From a virus (Duplodnaviria; Caudoviricetes): 50,564 nucleotides of DNA. The notes under the pieces were generated by a model, which worked only from the letters and a program-made list of their open reading frames with translations, was not told the DNA's origin and did not search any database. The position numbers and the translations under genes are program-made. Location: the IMG/VR virus record IMGVR_UViG_3300044723_008170, positions 1 to 50,564 of that record; one strand, written 5' to 3'. Within the stretch, counting starts at the first letter, position 1. Every line of letters begins with the position of its first letter. This document shows positions 1 to 10,446 of the stretch, piece after piece.

Positions 1-20
1 AGTTCCGAAAATTTATCCAT
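1..20 (-). CDS. Probable start of the next gene (MDKFSE...), running off the window edge
   Basis: ATG at 20-18 overlaps the TAA of the upstream gene (TAATG coupling, as seen elsewhere in this operon). Only 6 codons are visible. Confidence 0.45.
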
Positions 21-1288
21 TATCTGAACCTATTCGGTCCATGTACCCAGACAACAATTACCCAACGCTCACCCTTTGTAACAGGTGATACACGGTGAAC
101 GAGATAACTCGGGAAGAATGAAATAGAACCTTGCTCATCAACTGCTTGAACAATATTACCATTGTTATTGATCTCAAGTTTACCACCTTCGTAAGCACTA
201 CGATCTGTCAAAGGAATTGACAAAGATAATTTTCTTGTAGCAGACTTGCCATCACCACAATCGATATGCCAATCATAGTGGCCATTCTCTTCACTCTTAT
301 AATGAAGAAGTTGAAGTGCATGAGTAATACCAAGAAGATCAAACTTATAATATTCTGCATTTGCATTACCAACTGCTGCAGCAATCTTATCAAAGATCCA
401 TTTTGTATCTTCGCGATATTCAATATTATAGGTATCGACTGCACGAATCTTTGGATCATATGTTCCTTCTGATTCACCCGACCCGACAGTCGACTTGACA
501 GGATAAAGTTTGTTATTCAAATCAAGAATACGCTGACACTCTTCTGGTGAGAAAGTGTGTTCAGGTTTGAATCCACTATGATATGTCGCAGCACCCGGGA
601 ATACATCATCACATGTGCGAATCATCACTCCATCAGTAATTACCTGAGAATTCAGTTCAGTCACAGGTGCTGATGCGGGTTGTTGTACTGGTTTTTCTAC
701 GAGTCGTGCAGCTGATTTATCTACACCAAGTTCTGGTCTCTTATCATATGCCCATTCAGCATGCTGACCATTCTTATCAACATAATGTAAGAAAACCTGA
801 ACCTGCCACTTACCTTTATATTCAGGACGCCAGTGATATAGTTCATTACCATGATACATGACAAGATCACCGACATTAATCTCAAGTTGTGAACCTACTA
901 CATCATCATCTGATTTACCCATATAGATTGGCCAGATACCTGATCCTGGATCGAATCCAAGAGTCATCGTACCCGAAATCTCACATGATGGACGATCTTT
1001 ATGTTTGACTAGAATCTCACCAGGACGATAGATTCTTGCATATGTGTATGCAGGTGCCAGTTCAATACCAAGTTGTGCTGATAGTGGTTCACAAAGTTTT
1101 TCAAGTAATCCATCAAGAATCGGATCACCGTATACACTATCAGAAACAGGACATTGCTCGTCCTTGACAAGTTTCCCCTGTTCATGTAGACTAAACATAT
1201 AGTCTGTTAATTGGCCACAGTCTTCACGACTGACTACGTTCGACAAGTAAATGTACTTGTTCTTCTTAAAATATTCTGCTGTGTTCAT
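20..1288 (-). CDS. Tandem two-domain 2OG-Fe(II) oxygenase (prolyl-hydroxylase/PKHD-like)
   Basis: Two complete HxD...H sets: RIY..G..L.KHKDRPSCEIS...LYHWR...QVFLHY, and YDWHID...RKLS...YEGG...FPSYLVHRVSPVTKGERW. Confidence 0.88.
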   Translation of the reverse strand: MNTAEYFKKNKYIYLSNVVSREDCGQLTDYMFSLHEQGKLVKDEQCPVSDSVYGDPILDGLLEKLCEPLSAQLGIELAPAYTYARIYRPGEILVKHKDRPSCEISGTMTLGFDPGSGIWPIYMGKSDDDVVGSQLEINVGDLVMYHGNELYHWRPEYKGKWQVQVFLHYVDKNGQHAEWAYDKRPELGVDKSAARLVEKPVQQPASAPVTELNSQVITDGVMIRTCDDVFPGAATYHSGFKPEHTFSPEECQRILDLNNKLYPVKSTVGSGESEGTYDPKIRAVDTYNIEYREDTKWIFDKIAAAVGNANAEYYKFDLLGITHALQLLHYKSEENGHYDWHIDCGDGKSATRKLSLSIPLTDRSAYEGGKLEINNNGNIVQAVDEQGSISFFPSYLVHRVSPVTKGERWVIVVWVHGPNRFR

Positions 1289-2109
1289 TATAATACCTCT
1301 GGATAAAATGCTCTATAAAACCACATATGATTATCTATAACTCCCTTGTGAAAGCTATCTGAGAGTACTCGTTTAGGTTCAGACCACGAAATCATCTGTG
1401 GTTGTACAACATGGTCTGTCTTTTCTCGAAAGTAAGCATTATCATGCTCAAACATTGTTGACTGTTCAATATTATTCAAGTCATGATTATAGTAGTCAAC
1501 ATCGAGAAACTCATAAATTCTTTTTAACATATAAATTGGATCTTTGAGAAAGTCTTCATACCTAACAAACTTAATCTTCTTTGGGTCAAACATCTTAATA
1601 TACTTTTGAATATCATGTTTCAATGCAATAGAAAAAGCATTTGGTTCATTGAAATGATAATGATATTTCTCTTCTTCAGACATCGATCCATACATTGTAT
1701 TATCATCTGAATATGTATGAAGTGCTTTAATTTTTTGATTGACTCGATCAAACGATTCTACAATATCTCGAAGGTCTCTGACAAGGACAAGATGTTTTGA
1801 GTTGGGAAAGAGATGATGAAGTCCGGACCAAGATCGAGACTTTGAGATTACGATTGGTTTATCTGAAAGACCTTCATACCAACCTTTTGTTCCACCCTGT
1901 ACAAGTCCGTACATAGCATCATCTGCCTGTTTGCAAGACATCGCTTGAAACTTTTCTTTATATCGAGACTTGACAAGAATCTGCTCTGCTAGAATCTCAG
2001 GATAGACATCTGATGCAGTTGTAAAGATTTCTGGATTTTGTTGTAGTATATTCATCAGAACAGTAGAACCTGTTCTCGGAAGACCACCACAAAAATGCAA
2101 TTGTTTCAT
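1288..2109 (-). CDS. Sulfotransferase family protein
   Basis: 5'-PSB loop GLPRTGST, 3'-PB motif VLVRDLRDIVES and VRYEDF. ATG at 2109 is preferred over TTG at 2121. Confidence 0.88.
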   Translation of the reverse strand: MKQLHFCGGLPRTGSTVLMNILQQNPEIFTTASDVYPEILAEQILVKSRYKEKFQAMSCKQADDAMYGLVQGGTKGWYEGLSDKPIVISKSRSWSGLHHLFPNSKHLVLVRDLRDIVESFDRVNQKIKALHTYSDDNTMYGSMSEEEKYHYHFNEPNAFSIALKHDIQKYIKMFDPKKIKFVRYEDFLKDPIYMLKRIYEFLDVDYYNHDLNNIEQSTMFEHDNAYFREKTDHVVQPQMISWSEPKRVLSDSFHKGVIDNHMWFYRAFYPEVL

Positions 2110-2146
2110 AATTAAACTCAAAGATTAAATTGTATAGTATTATATA

Positions 2147-3301
2147 TTAATATTGTGAACCCGATCCAAGTTCAACTACGGCTGTTAGATCTCCGACATC
2201 TGTGCCATTTGTGTCCGATGCAAATGGAAACTTATCGATATTGTTTGCAATTGCGGGTCTTCTGCCTCCAGCAGTATATCCGTTAGTCGTAGATGATGAT
2301 CCCGAACCCCTTCTCATAGCAACCGCTAGATCTGCTACATCTGTTGAGTTTCCATCGGCTGAAAACGGAAATTTTTGAATATCATTTCTTTCTCCTGGAG
2401 GTGTTCCTCCTGACACATATCCATGAGTAGTTGAACTTTGACCAACATGTTGGTATACTATAAATAACAGATCTCCAACATCTGTAGCATTACCATCAAC
2501 ACTAAATGAAAATTTGTCAATAGTGTTTACTATAGGAGTTCCACCTGCTGATCTGTATCCATGAGTACTTGATGATTGACCAGTAGTATTATTTTTACTC
2601 TCAGTTAGATCACCAACATCAGTTGCATTGCCATCAACACTAAACGAAAACTTGTCTATAACATTGGTATAACCCGGATTAACAGTACCTCCAGCAGTAT
2701 ATCCATTTTCAGAAGAAGATGCTCCAGCTGGGGTTTGTATTCTATTAGCTGTTGTTAAGTCACCAACATCACTTCCATTCCCATCAGTCGCAAAAGCATA
2801 TTTTTCAATTGTGTTAAGATATGTAGATCCCGGAAATGAAGTTCCTCCAGAACTATATCCATGAGTTAAACTCTTTTGACCAGTTGCTGCTGATGCAACA
2901 TTAACTAAATCCCCAACATCCGTAGCATTGCCATCAGATGTAAACGAATATTTTTCAATAGTATCTACAGTAGTTGGTGAGCTTGATGGGGATATACCTC
3001 CAGCATTATATCCACTCACAGAACCTTGAAATGAATAGGTTTCAATAGTCTCAGCACTATCAACTGCATTCCATGCTGTTCCATTATAAAAATAAATTGT
3101 ACCAGCAGAAGTGGCAGCAAGTGTTCCAATAAATACAGAATCAGTTGGCATTACGCCAGCACTGTCATACAATATAGTACCATCACTTACTTGTTCAGAT
3201 GCTCGTGTAAGTCTTAGAATATCTGAAATAGAACTCGATGAATCAGTGGCATTTGATTTTGCTTCGAGTGCTGCAATAATTTCTGTTAAACTAATTGTCA
3301 T
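2147..3301 (-). CDS. Six-repeat Kelch-like beta-propeller protein, paralog 8 of the array (putative virion receptor-binding/appendage protein)
   Basis: Six copies of GY..GG...I[DEQ]K[FY].F..D.N.TDVGDL after a ~90 aa N-terminal module. Confidence 0.75.
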   Translation of the reverse strand: MTISLTEIIAALEAKSNATDSSSSISDILRLTRASEQVSDGTILYDSAGVMPTDSVFIGTLAATSAGTIYFYNGTAWNAVDSAETIETYSFQGSVSGYNAGGISPSSSPTTVDTIEKYSFTSDGNATDVGDLVNVASAATGQKSLTHGYSSGGTSFPGSTYLNTIEKYAFATDGNGSDVGDLTTANRIQTPAGASSSENGYTAGGTVNPGYTNVIDKFSFSVDGNATDVGDLTESKNNTTGQSSSTHGYRSAGGTPIVNTIDKFSFSVDGNATDVGDLLFIVYQHVGQSSTTHGYVSGGTPPGERNDIQKFPFSADGNSTDVADLAVAMRRGSGSSSTTNGYTAGGRRPAIANNIDKFPFASDTNGTDVGDLTAVVELGSGSQY

Positions 3302-4477
3302 TTAACTTTCCTGTCCAGCTGGAGCCCATCGAGCGCTTGTTAGATCCCCAACATCTGTAGCGTTTTCATCAGTGCTGAAAGGAAATTTGTCAACTGTATT
3401 AGAACGATTTGGTGATCCGATCGCTGGATTATATCCAGCAGATGTATATCCATGTGTTGTTGAAGATGTGCCAGCGCCTTGAGCACGCGCCAAAGTAATA
3501 TCGGCTATGTCTGTACCATTAGCATCAGTTGCAAATGGATATTTATCAATACTATTTAATTGTGCTCCTCCAGGATGAGCTCTGCCTCCAGCTGAATATC
3601 CATCAGTCTCTGAATTAGAACCTGAGTTTCCATATCTTGCACTTGACAAATCTGCAACATCAGTTGCGTTACCATCTGTACTAAATGGAAACTTTTCAAT
3701 CATTGAATGCTGAGCATCTGGCCCGGGAAATGCATTACCTCCTGCAACATATCCGTGAGTAGTTGATCCGTTACCACCAAGTTCAGATCTATCATCTGTT
3801 AAATCTCCAACATCTGTAGCATTAGCATCAGCAACTAAAGAAAATTTCTGAATAACATTAATACGGCTAGGAGTCTCTCCTCCAGAAACGTATCCGTGTG
3901 TCGTTGATTCAGCAGCTGCTGAAGTATAACTTGTTACTGTTAAATCTCCTACATCAGTAGAATTCTCATCAACCGAAAACGAAAACTTTTGAATAACATT
4001 AGAATATGATGGGGTAGCTCCTCCAGCAACATATCCATGAGTAGTTGAGCGAATTCCTGTTGCTGCGTAAACTCCCGATAACAGATCCCCAACATCAGTC
4101 GCGTTACCATCAGTAGAAAATGGTATTTTGTCAATAATATTTGATCCCGGAGGTACACTTCCTCCCGAAGTATATGAAGCTACAGATCCTTGAGCAACAA
4201 GGCCTGCAGCTGCTGCTCCGTCCAATGATCCAGTCAATGTATCCCATGTACCATTATTAAATTTAATGATACCGGCAGACTTTACATATGCTAATTTAAT
4301 ATTTGTTGTTGTGGCATCAGGTAATGCACCATCACTATCATAAGAGATAATAGTGTTGCCATCAGCAAGTTTAATTGCTTTCAGAGTATCAAGAATCTCA
4401 GCAGTACTCGTAGACGAATCAATATTATTCGCCTTGTACTGTAGAGTTTCAAATAATCCTTTTACATTAATTGGCAT
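3302..4477 (-). CDS. Six-repeat Kelch-like beta-propeller protein, paralog 7
   Basis: Same repeat, with N-terminal YDS.G.LP...FNNGTW module. Confidence 0.75.
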   Translation of the reverse strand: MPINVKGLFETLQYKANNIDSSTSTAEILDTLKAIKLADGNTIISYDSDGALPDATTTNIKLAYVKSAGIIKFNNGTWDTLTGSLDGAAAAGLVAQGSVASYTSGGSVPPGSNIIDKIPFSTDGNATDVGDLLSGVYAATGIRSTTHGYVAGGATPSYSNVIQKFSFSVDENSTDVGDLTVTSYTSAAAESTTHGYVSGGETPSRINVIQKFSLVADANATDVGDLTDDRSELGGNGSTTHGYVAGGNAFPGPDAQHSMIEKFPFSTDGNATDVADLSSARYGNSGSNSETDGYSAGGRAHPGGAQLNSIDKYPFATDANGTDIADITLARAQGAGTSSTTHGYTSAGYNPAIGSPNRSNTVDKFPFSTDENATDVGDLTSARWAPAGQES

Positions 4478-4479
4478 GA

Positions 4480-5661
4480 TTACACCTGCATAGCGCCTTC
4501 TGTTTTGTGAGCAATGAGTAGATCTCCTACATCAGTAGCATTTGCATCGGTGCTGAAAGGAAATTTATCGATAACGTTAGTGACTGCCGGACCTAGATCT
4601 CCTCCAGCGCCATATCCACTGGCTGTAGATGAAGTTCCATTTTTTTCGAATGCAGACACTGTTGTATCACCAACATCTGTTGCATTGCCATCAGATGCAA
4701 AAGAAAATTTATCGATGGTATTATGAATAGTTGCGGATGGCCAAGGAGTTCCTCCAGACGCGTATCCATGTGAACTCGAATTTTGACCTTGCCCTGCTGC
4801 TCCTCCAAATCTTCGAGCAACAGTTAAGTCCCCAACATCAGTCATTGTGCCTTCTGTGGCAAAAGGAAACTTTTCGATAGCATTTATCGTTGTGATCGCT
4901 GCATTAGCTCCACCATATGCATACAGAACCGTGCCAGAGTTGCATGCATAAGAATTGAGTGAAATTGTAGCTGTATCTCCTACATTTGTATTTGACGTAT
5001 CAGCTGCAAATTCATATTTAGAAATTCTAGTAGTAAATCCTGCAGGCCAAGGATTGACACCAGCAACTTGATATGCTGCATATTCACTAGAACTATAACT
5101 GCTAGAACTATGTGCAACATGATTGTTAGTAGTCGCAGCATTACCATCACTTGCAAATGAAAACTTATCGACAGTCACGACCTGTCCCGGATTTCCACCA
5201 GATAGCTGATATCCATCTGTTGAAGAAGATCCTCCAGTACCTGGATTTAAAATATTTCTAGTCAAATCTCCAACATCTGTTGAATTACCATCAGATACAA
5301 ATGAAAATTTTTCAATAACATTAGTAGTAGTAGGACTGTTGCCACCAGTGACATAGCCACTTGTAGATCCTTGGAATGTCCAAGGAGGGACAGGCGCAGT
5401 ATAACTACTACTATCTAATGTATCCCATCCTCCAGATTCACCACTATAAACTCGAATCGTACCATCAGCAGTCATTGCGATAGTACCTATGTATTCATTT
5501 CCAGTCGGAAGAACACCAGCACTATCATATACATTCTTACCGCCAGTCAAACGCTCGGCAGCAGTTACCATCTGAAGAAGATTCAAGACAGGTGTATTCG
5601 AATCAGCTGCCGCAATTTTATTTTCAAGATCAGCAATGATGAGTGAGAGATCTACTGACAT
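4480..5661 (-). CDS. Six-repeat Kelch-like beta-propeller protein, paralog 6
   Basis: Same architecture. Repeats 2-3 are more divergent. Confidence 0.75.
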   Translation of the reverse strand: MSVDLSLIIADLENKIAAADSNTPVLNLLQMVTAAERLTGGKNVYDSAGVLPTGNEYIGTIAMTADGTIRVYSGESGGWDTLDSSSYTAPVPPWTFQGSTSGYVTGGNSPTTTNVIEKFSFVSDGNSTDVGDLTRNILNPGTGGSSSTDGYQLSGGNPGQVVTVDKFSFASDGNAATTNNHVAHSSSSYSSSEYAAYQVAGVNPWPAGFTTRISKYEFAADTSNTNVGDTATISLNSYACNSGTVLYAYGGANAAITTINAIEKFPFATEGTMTDVGDLTVARRFGGAAGQGQNSSSHGYASGGTPWPSATIHNTIDKFSFASDGNATDVGDTTVSAFEKNGTSSTASGYGAGGDLGPAVTNVIDKFPFSTDANATDVGDLLIAHKTEGAMQV

Positions 5662-5664
5662 TGT

Positions 5665-6840
5665 TTACACCTGTTGTCCTGATCCGCCATATCTTCCAAC
5701 TGTCAAATCGCCTACATCAGACGAATTTCCATCAACGGAAAACGAAAATTTTTCAATAGCAGTAGAATAAGATGGACTAACTGCCGGATCATAATATGTA
5801 GTAGCATAGCCACTTGCTGTTGAACTTTGTCCTGTTAACCTGAACGTTGATACTAACAAATCACCAACATCAGTAGCATTAGCATCAGTTGCGAATGGAA
5901 ACTTATCAATTATGTTAGAGAATGCGGCTCCAGGATAAATTCTACCACCAGATGCATATCCACTCACAGATGATGATTGTCCGGCTAATTGTCCTCTAGA
6001 TTGTGTTAAATCACCGACATCAGTTGCATTAGCATCAGTAGAAAATGGAAATTTATCAATTGTGTTGTATGTTGTTGAAGGAGAACCAAAACCACCACTG
6101 TGATACCCATCTGTTGATGATGACTGACCAGAACCATCTCTTCCAACAGTCAAATCTCCGACATCTGTGGCATTAGCATCAGTACTAAATGGGAACTTAT
6201 CGATAACGGTGTTGCCAGACTGACCAGAATTATAACCACTAACTTCTGACGATTGTCCTCCACTGAAGTTTCTACCTACAGTTAGATCACCTACATCAGT
6301 AGCATTAGCATCAACACTAAATGGAAACTTTGAAATAACATTAGAAGCAGGTGCTGGAATGCTTGGAGAAGCTCCTCCGGATGAATAACCACTTACTTTT
6401 GATGACTGTCCAGTATTATATGTAGTACCTACAGTTAGATCACCTACATCAGTAGCATTAGCATCAGCTGTAAATGGAAACTTGTCAATAGTATTACTAT
6501 AAACAACAGGCGGTGTACCCGGCCAAAAGAATCCGCCAGATGCATATCCGCTTGTTGATCCCGGAAATACATAAGGTTCTACACTTGCGCTATCAGCAAT
6601 TCCAGCCCACCCATAATCCCCACGAACTTTCAATGTGGCAGAGTCAGCAACATATGCAATCATTCCTTCATATGCATCATCTGTAGGCAATACACCAGAA
6701 CTATCATAAATGATCTGACCACCACCAAGTCTCTCAGCATCAGTCACATATTGCAGAACAGTAGCAATCGGAGTATTTGAATCCGCTGCAGCGATCTTCG
6801 CATTGAGATCTGCAATCATTTGTGAGAGACTGATTGTCAT
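5665..6840 (-). CDS. Six-repeat Kelch-like beta-propeller protein, paralog 5
   Basis: Six repeats of the [DSE]KF[PS]F..D[AG]N..DVGDL type. Confidence 0.75.
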   Translation of the reverse strand: MTISLSQMIADLNAKIAAADSNTPIATVLQYVTDAERLGGGQIIYDSSGVLPTDDAYEGMIAYVADSATLKVRGDYGWAGIADSASVEPYVFPGSTSGYASGGFFWPGTPPVVYSNTIDKFPFTADANATDVGDLTVGTTYNTGQSSKVSGYSSGGASPSIPAPASNVISKFPFSVDANATDVGDLTVGRNFSGGQSSEVSGYNSGQSGNTVIDKFPFSTDANATDVGDLTVGRDGSGQSSSTDGYHSGGFGSPSTTYNTIDKFPFSTDANATDVGDLTQSRGQLAGQSSSVSGYASGGRIYPGAAFSNIIDKFPFATDANATDVGDLLVSTFRLTGQSSTASGYATTYYDPAVSPSYSTAIEKFSFSVDGNSSDVGDLTVGRYGGSGQQV

Positions 6841-6843
6841 TGA

Positions 6844-7998
6844 TTATACCTGTGCAGATGCTACTGAATATTTACCAGCAGTTAAGTCACCGACGTCTGT
6901 GGCATTAGCATCTGTAGCAAATGGAAATTTTTCAATTTCGTTATTCGTAGTAGGATAACCACCGGCTTTATATCCACTCACAGTTGAAGAAGAACCACCC
7001 ATTAGATAAGAATTATTTGTTCCAGTTAAGTCACCGACGTCTGTTGCATTTCCATCAGAACTGAATGGATATTTGTCAATAACATTAGTAACACCTCCAC
7101 CTTCTGTCCGACCTCCTGAGTTATATCCATAAGTGTCGCTATTTTGCCCAGATGCATATAACCTTGTTAACGTCATATCTCCAACATCGGTAGCATTAGC
7201 ATCGGTAGAAAATGGAAATTTATCAATAGTATTGAGAACTGCTGGTGAAGGGTTTATACCACCAGAAGTATATCCATTATCTGGAGACGACTGCCCTGCT
7301 GACGAATAACGACTAACTGTTAAATTACCAACATCTGTTGAAGTTTCTTCACCAGCAAAAGAAAACTTTTCTATTTCATCTTTTGCTACACTTCCTGTAG
7401 TTAAACCAGCAGATGAATAACCATGTGTAGAATAACTTTGTGATGCCAAATAGGAATTAGCTGTTGCTAAATCACCAGCATCAGTTGCATTTGTATCAGT
7501 GGCAAATGGGAATTTTTCACGAGTTGTTGCAGCCGCTGGCCAACCACCTAATCTATATCCAAAAGTGCTAGAAGATACCCCGGCAAGATATCTACCGGTA
7601 GTAACTAGATCGCCAACATCTGTAGCGTTACCATCTGATGAAAATGAATATTTTTCTATTACATTTTGCGCTAGCGTTGGACCACCACCCATAACATATC
7701 CACTTACAGATCCTTGATAAGTGTAAGAGCTAGCGGCTGCAGCAGCACCCAACAACGGATTATCCCATGTTCCATTATTAAATCTCAGTGTTCGTGAATT
7801 ACTCAGGTATGCAATTCGTTCAGTTGTAGTCGCAGCATCTGGAAGATCACCAGCACTGTCATAGTTACGAATCAACGATCCTTCTGCTTTTTGAGCTGCT
7901 TTCATGATGTCAATCATGTCTTGCACACTCGTGGAAGAAGTCACAGCATGTTCTTTTTTCTGAATAATTTGTACAAGGTTTTTAATATCTATTGCCAT
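6844..7998 (-). CDS. Six-repeat Kelch-like beta-propeller protein, paralog 4
   Basis: Same architecture, with its own late promoter 5 nt upstream of the ATG. Confidence 0.75.
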   Translation of the reverse strand: MAIDIKNLVQIIQKKEHAVTSSTSVQDMIDIMKAAQKAEGSLIRNYDSAGDLPDAATTTERIAYLSNSRTLRFNNGTWDNPLLGAAAAASSYTYQGSVSGYVMGGGPTLAQNVIEKYSFSSDGNATDVGDLVTTGRYLAGVSSSTFGYRLGGWPAAATTREKFPFATDTNATDAGDLATANSYLASQSYSTHGYSSAGLTTGSVAKDEIEKFSFAGEETSTDVGNLTVSRYSSAGQSSPDNGYTSGGINPSPAVLNTIDKFPFSTDANATDVGDMTLTRLYASGQNSDTYGYNSGGRTEGGGVTNVIDKYPFSSDGNATDVGDLTGTNNSYLMGGSSSTVSGYKAGGYPTTNNEIEKFPFATDANATDVGDLTAGKYSVASAQV

Positions 7999-8003
7999 GA
8001 TTC

Positions 8004-8011
8004 TATTTATA
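8004..8011 (-). promoter_or_regulatory. T4-type late promoter TATAAATA
   Basis: Exact gp55-type consensus in the only sizeable intergenic gap inside the array. Confidence 0.8.
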
Positions 8012-8018
8012 CCTTACA

Positions 8019-9230
8019 TTAATCCTGTTGTCCCGAGCCCCATGATCGACCCACTGTTAAATCGCCTACATCAGTGGAGTTTGCATCGGTGCTAAAAGGA
8101 AATTTTTGAATAATATTTAAATATAAAGGCGCATCAGCTCCACCACTAACATAACCATTATCAGTAGATGATTGCCCAACAGTTCTGTATATATTCGATA
8201 ATAAATCCCCCACATCAGTAGCATTTGCATTGCTACTAAATGAAAACTTATCAATAACATCACAACGCGTTGTCGGCGTATCACTGCCTCCTGCATTGTA
8301 CCCATACTCTGCAGATGATTGTCCAGCATGATATCCTCTTGCTATAGTTAAATAACCAACTGTTACTGCATTAGCATCAGATGCAAAAGGAAATTTGTGG
8401 ACAATATCAGTACTCGGATAACTTCCTGAATTATATCCATGTTCAGTAGAGGATTGACCCGCAGAAGCATATAAAGACGCTATCAAATCACCAACATCAG
8501 TTGCATTAGCGTCTACACTAAAAGGAAACTTTTGTATAATATCTTTAGCTGGATTAAGTCCTCCAGAAGTGTATCCATGTGTTTCACTAGATTGTCCTCC
8601 TCCAAACGCAAAAGTAAACAATAGATCTCCAACATCAGTTGAATTAGCATCAACTGCAAATGGAAACTTTTGAATTACATTACTGTAAGGAGCTCCACCG
8701 GATACATAACCATTTGTTTCTGATGATTGCCCTGCCCCTCCGCGAGAATTACTTAATAAATCTCCAACATCTGTGGCATTTACATCAGTGCTAAATGGAA
8801 ACTTATCAATTGTGTTAGTTTCTGGTGGTGTAAAACCTCCTGAAGTATAACCACTGACAGTCCCTGGGAAACTATGAGGTGGTAGTGTAATATCAGCAAA
8901 GTTATCACTATCATTTGCATTTAATACAATTTTTTGCCAACCTGCAGAATTAGTTATATCATAATTACCATCGTCATTTAATAATGCTTTTGAGAAAAAG
9001 AATGTACCAAATGAATCGTCAGTACTTGCCGAAACATAAAATAATTGACCAATGTTATTTGAATCAATGGCAGGAAGATCACCATAATGCTTAACTTCTT
9101 GAACACCTTTAATGTTATTCAAACTCTGATATGCCTGAACACGGCGAAGTAAGTCAGTAGTTGTTGCACTACTGTCAGCTGACATTTTGGTGTTTAACTG
9201 AGTCAAGATATTTGAAATATTAATTGCCAT
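8019..9230 (-). CDS. Six-repeat Kelch-like beta-propeller protein, paralog 3
   Basis: Same repeats, with a longer (~120 aa) N-terminal module beginning MAINI. Confidence 0.75.
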   Translation of the reverse strand: MAINISNILTQLNTKMSADSSATTTDLLRRVQAYQSLNNIKGVQEVKHYGDLPAIDSNNIGQLFYVSASTDDSFGTFFFSKALLNDDGNYDITNSAGWQKIVLNANDSDNFADITLPPHSFPGTVSGYTSGGFTPPETNTIDKFPFSTDVNATDVGDLLSNSRGGAGQSSETNGYVSGGAPYSNVIQKFPFAVDANSTDVGDLLFTFAFGGGQSSETHGYTSGGLNPAKDIIQKFPFSVDANATDVGDLIASLYASAGQSSTEHGYNSGSYPSTDIVHKFPFASDANAVTVGYLTIARGYHAGQSSAEYGYNAGGSDTPTTRCDVIDKFSFSSNANATDVGDLLSNIYRTVGQSSTDNGYVSGGADAPLYLNIIQKFPFSTDANSTDVGDLTVGRSWGSGQQD

Positions 9231-9232
9231 GA

Positions 9233-10444
9233 TTACACCTGTTGTCCAGCCTGATAACCTTTTGCAAGAAGTAAATCACCCACGTCGGTAGCATTAGCAT
9301 CTGTAGCAAATGGAAATTTTTGAATTACATTCGTATACGGTGGTGCATTGCCACCAGAATTATAACCATTATCAGTAGATGAATTTCCCGCTGGACCTCG
9401 CGCACTTACTGTCATATCTCCTACATCAGTAGCATTAGCATCTGTAGCAAAAGGAAATTTGTCAATAATATTAGTGTATGCTGGGGAAAGACCTCCGGAT
9501 GTATATCCATTATCACTAGAATTTGTACCTGCAGGGCCATATCTACTCACTGTTAAATCGCCTACATCAGTGGAGTTTGCATCGGCGCTAAAAGGAAATT
9601 TTTGAATAACATTACTAATTGATGGGGTAAGACCTCCAGAAACATAACCATTATCAGTAGATGATTGGCCGGCGATCTGTCCTACTACAGTTAATAAGTT
9701 TCCAACATCTGTTGAATTAGCATCAACAGCAAAAGGAAATTTATCAATAATATTAACATAGGGTGGTCCCCCACCAGAAGTATAACCACTTGCTTCTGAG
9801 GATTGGCCGGCAACCAGACGCCGAGCACTTGTTATATCTCCAACATCTGTTGCATTAGCATCAGTGCTAAAAGGAAATTTATCAATAATATTTGTATTAC
9901 CTGGAAGAAATCCACCAGAATTATAACCACTAACATCTGAAGAGCTTCCTGCCTGTTGAATTCTATACGTTGTAGTTAAATCACCGACATCGGTTGAATT
10001 AGCATCAACAGTAAATGGAAACTTTTGAATAGTATTGTCATAAGGTAAACCACCAGAAACATAACCACTTATAGATCCTTGAGCATTAGGAACAGGAGCT
10101 GCAGCTGGCGCGGCATTCTCAGCATCACTATCAGCCCCGGTTCTAATTCTATCCCAACCACTATCAGCTGAACCTATTCTTACTGCATAATAGAATCCAG
10201 CATATGAATCACCATATACGCTGTCTAAATCAGCTCGAGCAGCAATATATGCGAAGTTACCAAGAATCGATGAATCAACAGTAGGCAACTCAGACTTTGC
10301 TCTATACTCAATGACACCCGTTGCATTATTCATAGCGAGTGTTGCTTTTGATAATGTCAACAGATAATCAGCGGTGTCAGTGCTATCAGCAGCTGCCGCT
10401 TTTGTAGTAATTTGATCAATAATGTTTTGAATATTAATTGCCAT
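9233..10444 (-). CDS. Six-repeat Kelch-like beta-propeller protein, paralog 2
   Basis: Same repeats, long MAINI-type N-terminal module. Confidence 0.75.
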   Translation of the reverse strand: MAINIQNIIDQITTKAAAADSTDTADYLLTLSKATLAMNNATGVIEYRAKSELPTVDSSILGNFAYIAARADLDSVYGDSYAGFYYAVRIGSADSGWDRIRTGADSDAENAAPAAAPVPNAQGSISGYVSGGLPYDNTIQKFPFTVDANSTDVGDLTTTYRIQQAGSSSDVSGYNSGGFLPGNTNIIDKFPFSTDANATDVGDITSARRLVAGQSSEASGYTSGGGPPYVNIIDKFPFAVDANSTDVGNLLTVVGQIAGQSSTDNGYVSGGLTPSISNVIQKFPFSADANSTDVGDLTVSRYGPAGTNSSDNGYTSGGLSPAYTNIIDKFPFATDANATDVGDMTVSARGPAGNSSTDNGYNSGGNAPPYTNVIQKFPFATDANATDVGDLLLAKGYQAGQQV

Positions 10445-10446
10445 TG

